From assembly GCA_963663475.2 (NCBI GenBank), contig CAXXJV010000002.1, positions 64,001 through 128,000 on the forward strand: a DNA stretch of 64,000 nt, read 5' to 3'. This DNA is from Candidatus Cloacimonadales bacterium. Its GTDB lineage: Bacteria; Cloacimonadota; Cloacimonadia; Cloacimonadales; JAFGVF01. Both the position numbers and the translations under genes were made by a program. Shown here one piece after another: positions 28,469 to 37,063 of the stretch (its first letter is position 1; each line of letters begins with the position of its first letter). Under the pieces are notes generated by a model. The model was not told the origin of the DNA. It was given only the letters and a program-made list of their open reading frames with translations, and did no database searches.

Positions 28469-29744
28469 CAAACAAAAAAAATCAATTATATCTCTTGTAG
28501 AAAAAGGGTTTTTCCATATTTTTGGAGCAAACACTCTCTCTAAATTCTTCTTCATGCTCTCATCAATCTTTTTAGTTAGGTTGTTAGATGTAGAAGTATA
28601 TGGTTTTTGGTCCTACGCTTTAAATATCTTTACATTAATAACTCTTTTGCAAGGAGCAGGTTCGAGTGTAGGTATTCTACAGTTTTGCAGCAAAGAACAA
28701 AGTGATAATAAAGCTAGAAAACTATTCCTATTCGGTAATAAATTAAATTTCTATGCAAACTTGATTCTATTTTTAGTTAGTTTAACTATTCTATATTTTT
28801 ATGATTTTCATATACCTAATACAAGCAAGCTGGTTAGTATACTTGCTGTTTCCATGTTTTTTTTAGGATTAGCAGATAATTATAAAAATTACTTTAGAGC
28901 CACTTTACGCAACAGAGCATTCTCATACTCAGTATTGTTCTATGCCTTATATCGCTCTACTTCATTGTTAGTACTAGGTTATTTCTTTTCTTTAACAGGT
29001 CTTGTAATATCCCAATTAAGCAGTTATTTCTTTGATTATCTTCTCTGCAGATATTTAGATAAAGATAAGATAATTAATTTGCCCAAGTTACAAACACAAG
29101 AAAAAAGAGATTTTATAAAGTTCTCTGTTATTTCATCAGCAAATAACCTGATCTCTCGACTTCTCTACTTGATTGATACATTTTTGGTTGGGCAAATTCT
29201 TGCTTCTAGTTTACTTGTAGCACATTATAAAACTGCTACGTTATTACCTTCAAACTTAATTTTTATTCCTCAGTCTGTTATTCTTTTTGTTTATCCATAT
29301 ATTAGGAAGAATGTTAATGATAAAGAATATATCAAAAGCAAGTATATCCAAATTGTCAAAAAATTAGCATTAATAAACTTTTTATTGACTGCAGTATTAT
29401 TCATTTTTACTCCTTTAGTTGTGAGAATACTTTTTTCTGCTAAATATACTGACTCTATACCAGCAATGAGAGTTCTATTGATTGGGTTTTTCTTCGCTGG
29501 CACTTTTAGAATTCCTGCAGGTAACTTTATTGCAGCAATTCACAAACTAAAAATTAATGTAATAATAACAAGTATCAGTGGTATTTTAAATATAGGTTTA
29601 GACTATGTGTTAATTTTAAAATATGGAATAATTGGTGCAGCTTATGCAACAACTTTTGTTTTCATAATAAATTCGATTATGAGTAATGGTTATTTAATCT
29701 ATTATTTTAAGAGAGGTAAATATGAAAGTTCTTTATCTGAATAA
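28461..29744 (+). CDS. Wzx-type oligosaccharide flippase
   Basis: About 12 TMs; 'VRLLDVEVYG', 'LKYGIIGAAYAT'. Confidence 0.85.
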   Translation: MFNKQKKSIISLVEKGFFHIFGANTLSKFFFMLSSIFLVRLLDVEVYGFWSYALNIFTLITLLQGAGSSVGILQFCSKEQSDNKARKLFLFGNKLNFYANLILFLVSLTILYFYDFHIPNTSKLVSILAVSMFFLGLADNYKNYFRATLRNRAFSYSVLFYALYRSTSLLVLGYFFSLTGLVISQLSSYFFDYLLCRYLDKDKIINLPKLQTQEKRDFIKFSVISSANNLISRLLYLIDTFLVGQILASSLLVAHYKTATLLPSNLIFIPQSVILFVYPYIRKNVNDKEYIKSKYIQIVKKLALINFLLTAVLFIFTPLVVRILFSAKYTDSIPAMRVLLIGFFFAGTFRIPAGNFIAAIHKLKINVIITSISGILNIGLDYVLILKYGIIGAAYATTFVFIINSIMSNGYLIYYFKRGKYESSLSE

Positions 29745-30918
29745 TTATGATACTTCTTTCATTCAGAATCAAATCATTGATTTAAAAAAAATTGGAAATA
29801 TAGAAGCCCACTTTAATATTCATTTGAGTTATTGGAACTTGCTTAGATATCATAAAGGTAAAATTAATAATGTCATAAGTAATACTCAACAAGAATCTTT
29901 ATCTAATAGTGAGAAATCTGTGACTCTGCATTGGGGCTTACCAAAAAACTATCTTGTTGAACATGAACCTTGGTTTGTTGCACAGAGATTAATGAGAAAG
30001 TTTAAGAAAGGGAATTTTGATTTAATTCATGCACAGAATGGTTTTCCCTCTGGCTATGTTGCAATGTTATTAGCTATGAAGTGGGACATTCCTTACATGA
30101 TTACAAGTCATGGTATGGATACCTACAAATGTTTACCAAATTCTTATGAATTAGGGCAAGCATATCCCTTCTCAGCCAAGGTAGTAAGTTACTATAAAAA
30201 AGCATTAGTTAACGCAGATTGTGTTGCAGGGGTTTCTGAAGATTTTGCTGACTTTATGACATCAATATTTCCTGAGGTTAAAATTATAGCAACACCAAAT
30301 AGTTATAACTATAATTTATTTCGTAGGGTTGACTCTCAGAGCTTTAGACAAGAACTTAATATAAAAGAAGATGACTTCATAGTTTTATCTACTGGTTATT
30401 TTATTGAAAGAAAAGCCCACAAGGATATAATAAAAGCTATTTCTCAAGTAAATATAAGTAAGTTAAAGTTAGTTTTAATTGGTGGTGGACCTTTGGAAGA
30501 CCAACTAAAAAACCTAGCAGATGAGTTAGGAATACGAGATAAGTTAGTGTTGATTAATAATATACCTCAAAAATCATTGGTTAAGTGGTATAACATTGCC
30601 GATGTCTTTGTCTTTCCATCTCTCTACGAACCTTTTGGTTTAGGTTTAGTAGAAGCCATGGCTTGTGGAGTTCCTTCAATAGCAACTAATACATGGGGAC
30701 CAAATGAGATTATCGAAGAAAATGAAAATGGTTTCTTGGTTCACAAGAGTTCACCTGAAGAGATAGCTGACAAGATACAATACCTTTTTGACAACCCTAT
30801 CAAAAGAAAAGAAATGCAAGTAAATGCAGCTCATTCAGTACTTAAGAAATATGCTATGAGGAACCATGATCTCTTGAATATTTACCAAGGAATAATTACT
30901 AATTATGAGAAGAAATAA
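29722..30918 (+). CDS. Glycosyltransferase family 4
   Basis: 'HAQ', 'HGMD', 'EPFGLGLVEAMACG'. Confidence 0.9.
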   Translation: MKVLYLNNYDTSFIQNQIIDLKKIGNIEAHFNIHLSYWNLLRYHKGKINNVISNTQQESLSNSEKSVTLHWGLPKNYLVEHEPWFVAQRLMRKFKKGNFDLIHAQNGFPSGYVAMLLAMKWDIPYMITSHGMDTYKCLPNSYELGQAYPFSAKVVSYYKKALVNADCVAGVSEDFADFMTSIFPEVKIIATPNSYNYNLFRRVDSQSFRQELNIKEDDFIVLSTGYFIERKAHKDIIKAISQVNISKLKLVLIGGGPLEDQLKNLADELGIRDKLVLINNIPQKSLVKWYNIADVFVFPSLYEPFGLGLVEAMACGVPSIATNTWGPNEIIEENENGFLVHKSSPEEIADKIQYLFDNPIKRKEMQVNAAHSVLKKYAMRNHDLLNIYQGIITNYEKK

Positions 30919-32179
30919 GAAGATTCTCATGCTTATAAACGAGTTCCCTCCCACTGGAGAGAGTGGTGTTCAGAGACCATTGAAATTCCTCAAATATTTA
31001 GCAAGAATGGATTATCAAACTTATGTGATAACTCCAAAGGAACCTGTCAAAGAAGTATTGGATGAAAGCTTACTTTCAGAAATACCAAACTCTACAAAAA
31101 TCTACAAAACTGAAAGCTGGGGAATTAAAGCTAAGAACTTAACAAAAATTGATCAGGTTAGATATCAAAGCACATCTAAGAAGAAAAGTATCAAATGGAA
31201 GATTCTAAAAACTATAAATGACTTCCTTTTTCCCATAGATAAGCAGATAGGATGGCTTCCTTTTGCTTACTCTAAAGCTGTTAAAACTATAAAAAAAGAG
31301 AAGATCAAAAATATCTATATTACTGCCTATCCCTTTTCTGCTTTTTTAATTGGACTTCTCTTAAAACTTAGATTTGGCAATAAAATCTTTTTCTTAGCTG
31401 ATTACCGTGATTCCTGGTCTTTTGAACCTCTTTTAGAAGAGAAAGTTAACAAATACAGACTAAATATTATGAGATCTTGTGATAAATTAGTTCTTAGACA
31501 TGCAGATCATATTGTTTCGGTTACCAAACCCATTTTAGATGAATATGTTTTGCATTATCCTAAAATTAAAAACAAAGTATCCTTGATTACTAATGGGTAT
31601 GACGAAGATGATTTTAATACCCTTAAAGCTAAATCTTATAAAAAAAGAACCATTCTATATATGGGAAAGTTTTATCAGTTCAAAGGCAACCCCATTGCTT
31701 TCCTAGATGCTTTATCTAAGTATAGAGAAGAGCATAAGGAAGACATAGAATTTGTACATATTGGTACTGGGTATCAAGAGTTATTTGATTATGTGAAAGA
31801 AAGAAATTATACTTTCTACAAGTATTTAGGTTATAAATCTCATCAAGAAGCGCTTGAGTATGCTTTAGGTGCTGATTATTTGCTCCTATGCATTAATGAT
31901 GACCCCAATTCAAAATATGTTTATTCAGGTAAGTTATTCGAATATATTAGACTGGGTAAACCAATAATTGGCTTGGTTCCCCTTGATGGTATTGTAAGTG
32001 AACTTATTAACGATTATTCATTAGGGACTGTTGCTCCCATCAATAATCATATGAAAATATATCAAGCTCTTTTGCAATTAGATAAACAACAGATAAAAAA
32101 AATACCTCAAGATCTTATCTATAATTTCTCTAGGGAAAAGCTAACGAAGGATTTAATAGCTATTTATGAAAAAAATTAA
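30905..32179 (+). CDS. Glycosyltransferase family 4-like
   Basis: 'FPPTGESGVQRP', 'DYRDSW', 'NGYDE', 'SGKLFEY'. Confidence 0.85.
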   Translation: MRRNKKILMLINEFPPTGESGVQRPLKFLKYLARMDYQTYVITPKEPVKEVLDESLLSEIPNSTKIYKTESWGIKAKNLTKIDQVRYQSTSKKKSIKWKILKTINDFLFPIDKQIGWLPFAYSKAVKTIKKEKIKNIYITAYPFSAFLIGLLLKLRFGNKIFFLADYRDSWSFEPLLEEKVNKYRLNIMRSCDKLVLRHADHIVSVTKPILDEYVLHYPKIKNKVSLITNGYDEDDFNTLKAKSYKKRTILYMGKFYQFKGNPIAFLDALSKYREEHKEDIEFVHIGTGYQELFDYVKERNYTFYKYLGYKSHQEALEYALGADYLLLCINDDPNSKYVYSGKLFEYIRLGKPIIGLVPLDGIVSELINDYSLGTVAPINNHMKIYQALLQLDKQQIKKIPQDLIYNFSREKLTKDLIAIYEKN

Positions 32180-33245
32180 TAAAATATTAATTATGATTAT
32201 AGTTTGGGTGTGGTATAAACTCAAATCTCTGATAAAAAGTAATAAAAGGGAATTTTCTAACATACTAATATTAGATCTTATGGGAATTGGAGATGTTGTC
32301 TGCTTAACTCCATTTATAGAAAGATTAAAAGAATCTGGACATTTTAATAAGATTACAGCTTGCTTTAGTAATATAGCTACTGACTTATCAAAAAGTTTTG
32401 TAAGTGTTGATGACTATATTTATCATAAAGATTATAAGTCAACAATTAAAGCTATAAGACAAGCAAACTTTGATTTGATAATTATTCCAGGCTGGGGTCT
32501 AAAACACACAATAATAGCTTTATTATCACGAGCTTCACTAATAGGATATTTACATGATCTAACCTTCTCAAACAGATATATAAACTCATTTAAACTGCAG
32601 ACTTTTGGAGCTAAACCATCTTCTCTTTCTCAAAAGTGGACAGATATGGGTAAAGTTCATTTATCACAACGCCCAAATTCAATATTAGAGTATTTTTCTC
32701 TAAAACCTATCTCTAATATTTTAGAAATCGACTATACAGAACTAAAAGATACTCAAGAAAACTATGCAGTTTTTCATTGTTCAGCTGATTTTGAAGGAAG
32801 ACAATGGGATTTACAGAGATTTAGGGAGTTAGCTGAGAAAATGCTTGATTTAAGTATGGTTGAAAAGATTTATTTGATTGGAGCAGACTATGATGCCCCC
32901 AAATATGAAGTTATTACTAGTGACTATATCTTAAATGTAGCTGGTAAGATGAACCTCTTAGAAACTAAGGAACTTATATCAAAAGCTAAGATGTTTGTGG
33001 GCAATGACAGTGGACCTATGCATATTGCTACTTTCTCAAGAGTTCCCACTTATGCTCTAATGGGACCTAACTTGCCAATTATATCAGGAACTATTTCTTC
33101 AATAGGACATAACTTTTTCCACAAGCAAGCCTGCTGTCCCTGTAACCAACGTGGATGCCCTTATGGATATAAATGTATCAAAGCAATAAGCGTTGAAGAA
33201 GTCTTAAACCACATTATTAAGGATTATAAGGTGTACTATGAGTAA
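32166..33245 (+). CDS. Glycosyltransferase family 9 (heptosyltransferase-like)
   Basis: 'GIGDVV', 'GNDSGPMHIA', C-terminal CxPC...C...C. Confidence 0.88.
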   Translation: MKKINKILIMIIVWVWYKLKSLIKSNKREFSNILILDLMGIGDVVCLTPFIERLKESGHFNKITACFSNIATDLSKSFVSVDDYIYHKDYKSTIKAIRQANFDLIIIPGWGLKHTIIALLSRASLIGYLHDLTFSNRYINSFKLQTFGAKPSSLSQKWTDMGKVHLSQRPNSILEYFSLKPISNILEIDYTELKDTQENYAVFHCSADFEGRQWDLQRFRELAEKMLDLSMVEKIYLIGADYDAPKYEVITSDYILNVAGKMNLLETKELISKAKMFVGNDSGPMHIATFSRVPTYALMGPNLPIISGTISSIGHNFFHKQACCPCNQRGCPYGYKCIKAISVEEVLNHIIKDYKVYYE

Positions 33246-34407
33246 AATAAAGGTATTAAGAATTGTTACAAGATTGAGTGTTGGAGGAGTCCCTCTTCAC
33301 TGCTCAAATTTAGCCAAACTATTAGATAAAGATAAATATGAACATTTACTGGTGCACGGCTCTTTAGGTGAATCAGAAGGAGATATGCGCTATCTTATAG
33401 ACGATGAACCAAATGTGTTTATTCCTGAACTAATTAGAGAACTAAGCATTAAACAGGACATCAGAGCCTTTTTTAAGATAGTTAAACTAATCAGAAAATA
33501 TAAACCTGATATTGTTCATACTCATCATGCCAAAGCTGGAATGCTGGGAAGAGCTGCTGCTAAAATGTGTGGTGTTCCTGTTATTATTCATACATTCCAC
33601 GGAAATGTCTTTCAAGGATATTTTAGTCCCCTTAAGTCCAAATTATTTATAAATATAGAAAGGTTCTTAGCCTTAATATCTTCTAAAATAATTGCTATTA
33701 GTAAGATTCAGAAAGAAGAGCTGCTTCAATTTAAAATAGCTCCTGCAAAGAAAATTGAGATCGTCAAATTGGGCTTTAATTTTGCCAATGTAAGGCCGGA
33801 AGCTGATTTTACATCAGATTTTCGAGAGAGATATAATCTTGCTAAAGATGATATTTTAGTAGGAAGTATTGGCAGAGTTGTTCCTATTAAGAATCAAAAA
33901 ATGTTGGTTGATATTGCTGAAAAAGTAATAAAAAGCACAAAAAGAAGTGTGAAATTTGTTATTGTCGGAGATGGTGAAGAGAGAGAAAATATTGCTAATT
34001 ATGTTGCTGAAAAACATTTGCAAGCTTACTTCGTTTTTACAGGATTTACTAGAAATCTTAAAGAAATATATCATGAAATGGATATTGTTGCTTTAACATC
34101 ACTTAATGAAGGAACACCAGTAGCAATTATTGAAGCAATGGCTAATAGGAAAATAGTGTTTTCCACTAATGTTGGCGGAATTGCTGATTTTATTGAAGAT
34201 AACAAATCAGGTTTCTACTTTGATGTTAATGATACTCACGCATATTCACAGAAACTAAGCGAAATAATTAACGTATTTGACTCTAAAGAGTTAGACAATA
34301 TAAGAGAAAAAGCTCATGAAGTAGCTCTCAGTAACTTCTCAGTTCAAAGGTTGATTGCAGATATTGACCATTTATATAGTAAGTTACTGACTAAAAAGCG
34401 AAGATAA
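33238..34407 (+). CDS. Glycosyltransferase family 4
   Basis: 'HTHHAKAG', 'HTFHG', 'SLNEGTPVAIIEAMA'. Confidence 0.9.
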   Translation: MSKIKVLRIVTRLSVGGVPLHCSNLAKLLDKDKYEHLLVHGSLGESEGDMRYLIDDEPNVFIPELIRELSIKQDIRAFFKIVKLIRKYKPDIVHTHHAKAGMLGRAAAKMCGVPVIIHTFHGNVFQGYFSPLKSKLFINIERFLALISSKIIAISKIQKEELLQFKIAPAKKIEIVKLGFNFANVRPEADFTSDFRERYNLAKDDILVGSIGRVVPIKNQKMLVDIAEKVIKSTKRSVKFVIVGDGEERENIANYVAEKHLQAYFVFTGFTRNLKEIYHEMDIVALTSLNEGTPVAIIEAMANRKIVFSTNVGGIADFIEDNKSGFYFDVNDTHAYSQKLSEIINVFDSKELDNIREKAHEVALSNFSVQRLIADIDHLYSKLLTKKRR

Positions 34408-34439
34408 ACGCTAATCTGCTTTATTAGATAGGAGGAGAT

Positions 34440-35435
34440 ATGAAAATATTAATAACTGGATCAACTGGATTTGTGGGTTCTAGATTAATGTGGTTTTTAG
34501 AAGACAAAGGCCATCAGGTTTATGGAATAGATATTACTGAGCATTGCTTAAGAGATAAACATCCACAAACTCTAGTTGGTGATATAAGAAATATTGATGA
34601 TTTTGCTTCTTTCAGGAAAATTGGTATTGATATGATTATTCATTGTGCAGCTTCAAAACATGATTTCGGAATATCTAAAGAAGAGTATTATTCAAATAAT
34701 GAATATGGTACTGAAATTGTTATGAAGTTTGCAGCAGAAGAAGGTATTAAAAAGATAATTTACTACTCTACAGTTTCTGTTTATGGACACAAAGCAGTTC
34801 CATGTGGTGAAGATGGTCCATTATGCCCAGATAATGAATATGGGGCAAGTAAGCTTGCTGGTGAAAAGGTTATTGAAAAATATGTCGCAAAAGACAGAAG
34901 TTTAGAAATCATTTTTTTACGCCCTTCTATTATTTATGGACCTAACAATTTTGCTAATATGTATAATCTAATTTCTATGCAAAACAAGAGAATTTGGGTA
35001 ACTATTGGTGATGGTTCACACATTAAATCTATGGTATCTTTGGAAAATCTGATTGATATGACCTATTGGTCTTTCGGACGCCTAAAGCCAGGTATTCAAA
35101 TATATAATACTCTTGATAAACCCTATATTTCTGTAAAAGAACTAATGGATATAATAGCATCCCATGAAGGATTTTATCAGCCTGCTTGTAAAGTGCCTTT
35201 AGGATTTGTCTTACTTGTTGGGAAATTTTTTGATATTATTGCAAAAGTTCTCAACAAAGATTTACCAATCAATAGCGATAGAATGCAAAAATTTGCAACT
35301 TCAACTGAATATTATTCTGAAAAGATTAGGGAAGATGGGTTTATTCAAAAATATTCAACCCAAGATGAACTGAAAAGAACTATCGAATGGTATAACCAGA
35401 ATAAACATAGAAGAAAAGAATTAGATGTTCATTAG
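34440..35435 (+). CDS. NAD-dependent nucleotide-sugar epimerase/dehydratase
   Basis: 'ITGSTGFVG', YxxxK 'YGASK'. Confidence 0.9.
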   Translation: MKILITGSTGFVGSRLMWFLEDKGHQVYGIDITEHCLRDKHPQTLVGDIRNIDDFASFRKIGIDMIIHCAASKHDFGISKEEYYSNNEYGTEIVMKFAAEEGIKKIIYYSTVSVYGHKAVPCGEDGPLCPDNEYGASKLAGEKVIEKYVAKDRSLEIIFLRPSIIYGPNNFANMYNLISMQNKRIWVTIGDGSHIKSMVSLENLIDMTYWSFGRLKPGIQIYNTLDKPYISVKELMDIIASHEGFYQPACKVPLGFVLLVGKFFDIIAKVLNKDLPINSDRMQKFATSTEYYSEKIREDGFIQKYSTQDELKRTIEWYNQNKHRRKELDVH

Positions 35436-35531
35436 AATATCAAAATATATTGATTATGTGTAAAAACTTATTGACAAGTTTATATTAATAAACTTTTATA
35501 TAAATAATGAGTATTGAATAGAGGAGTATCA

Positions 35532-36566
35532 ATGAAAAAAATTAGATTAGGTCTTATTGGTTGTGGAAGAATTTCTAAAAATCATTTTGAATCTATTAAA
35601 CAAATTGAGGAAGCTCAATTTGTAACTTGCTGTGATATTATTGAAAAGAGAGCTAAAGAAGCTCAAGAAACATACAATTTAGATAGCTATTATACAGACT
35701 ATATAGAAATGTTGGAGAATGAAGATCTTGATGCAGTTTCTATCTGTACTCCAAGTGGAATTCATCCTCAAATAGGTATTGAAGTAGCCAAAAGAAATAT
35801 CCATGTGATTACAGAAAAACCAATGGCTATTAATATAAAAGATGCTGATTCTCTAATTCATGCTTGTGATAAATACAAAGTACATCTATTTGTGGTAAAG
35901 CAAAACAGATTAAATGCTACCATGCAACTTTTAAAAAGAGCTATAGATAAGGACCGTTTTGGTAGAATTTATATGGTTCAATCTAACGTATTTTGGACTC
36001 GTCCACAAAGCTATTATGATATGGCTAAATGGCGTGGAACTTGGGAGTTTGATGGTGGTGCTTTCATGAACCAAGCAAGTCATTATGTTGATGCTATGTA
36101 CTGGTTAATCGGCAATGTTGATTCTGTTATGGCTGAAACTGCAACCATGGAAAGAAAGATTGAAGCTGAAGATACTGGCTCAGTGATTATCAAATATAGA
36201 AATGGTGTTATTGGTACAATGAATGTGACTATGTTAACTTATCCAAAGAATTTTGAAGGTTCTATAACTATTTTAGGAGAAAAAGGAACTGTCAAAATTG
36301 GTGGAGTCGCTATCAATAAAATAGAAAAATGGGAATTTGAAGATTATGATGATGATGATAAGATGGTTGAAGAAGCATCTTACTCTACAACTAGCGTGTA
36401 TGGCTTTGGCCATATCCCTTATTATCGTAATGTAATTGATGTTCTGCTTGGGAAATGCGAACCTTCTACTGATGGTAGATGTGGTAGAAAATCTTTAGAG
36501 ATTATCCAAGCTCTTTATAAATCAGCAAAAACTGGAGAAAAAGTTAGTCTTCCCTTAAATATTTAG
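35532..36566 (+). CDS. Gfo/Idh/MocA oxidoreductase, WbpB/WlbA-like UDP-sugar 3-dehydrogenase
   Basis: 'GCGRIS', 'CTPSGIHP', 'EKPMA', 'VKQNR', 'WRGTWEFDGGAFMNQASHYVD'; start after GAGGAG. Confidence 0.85.
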   Translation: MKKIRLGLIGCGRISKNHFESIKQIEEAQFVTCCDIIEKRAKEAQETYNLDSYYTDYIEMLENEDLDAVSICTPSGIHPQIGIEVAKRNIHVITEKPMAINIKDADSLIHACDKYKVHLFVVKQNRLNATMQLLKRAIDKDRFGRIYMVQSNVFWTRPQSYYDMAKWRGTWEFDGGAFMNQASHYVDAMYWLIGNVDSVMAETATMERKIEAEDTGSVIIKYRNGVIGTMNVTMLTYPKNFEGSITILGEKGTVKIGGVAINKIEKWEFEDYDDDDKMVEEASYSTTSVYGFGHIPYYRNVIDVLLGKCEPSTDGRCGRKSLEIIQALYKSAKTGEKVSLPLNI

Positions 36567-36636
36567 TTTAATTTTTTCTTGACATAGATACTAATCAAAT
36601 AAAAGTAAAAATATAAAAAATGTTAGGAGGCCTATT

Positions 36637-36807
36637 ATGGCAGTTAAAATTGACAAATCTACTTGTATTGGATGCGGTGCTTGTGTTGATGTATGTCCTG
36701 TTCAAGCACTTTCAATGGTTGATGACAAAGCAGTTGTTGATGAAGCAACTTGTATTGACTGCGGTGCATGTATCTCTACATGTCCTGTAAGTGCAATTTC
36801 TGAATAA
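36637..36807 (+). CDS. 2[4Fe-4S] clostridial-type ferredoxin (56 aa)
   Basis: Not in ORF track. MAVKIDKSTCIGCGACVDVCPVQALSMVDDKAVVDEATCIDCGACISTCPVSAISE; AGGAGG RBS; TTGACA upstream. Confidence 0.95.
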   Translation: MAVKIDKSTCIGCGACVDVCPVQALSMVDDKAVVDEATCIDCGACISTCPVSAISE

Positions 36808-36828
36808 TTATAATCATATCTACAATAT

Positions 36829-36857
36829 GAGGCTGAAGTATTTCAGCCTCTTTTTTT
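36829..36857 (+). terminator. Intrinsic terminator
   Basis: GAGGCTGAA/TTCAGCCTC stem plus T7. Confidence 0.85.
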
Positions 36858-36864
36858 CTTGTAG

Positions 36865-36943
36865 CATGACTTATCCTTCCTTTACACTCTTTCGATGAAA
36901 GTCCCACTTTCATCGAAAGAGTGTAAAGGAAGGATAAGTCATG
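36865..36943. repeat. Long palindrome, family 2, copy 2 (38-bp arms, CCC loop)
   Basis: CATGACTTATCCTTCCTTTACACTCTTTCGATGAAAGT-CCC-exact reverse complement. Confidence 0.92.
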
Positions 36944-36960
36944 GATAAGGGTAAAATTAA

Positions 36961-37055
36961 CCTAAAATAATGCAGTTGGTCTTTGAGGATAGCAGAATAT
37001 TCTTTTGCTAAAAGAATCTAGCAGACTTCATCAAAGTTCTACTGCATCATTCCGT
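36961..37055 (+). mobile_element. MITE copy K (about 95 bp)
   Basis: AAATAATGCAGT...ACTGCATCATT; right half resembles copy A subtype (CTAAAAGAATCTAGC). Confidence 0.7.
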
Positions 37056-37063
37056 TTAATTTG

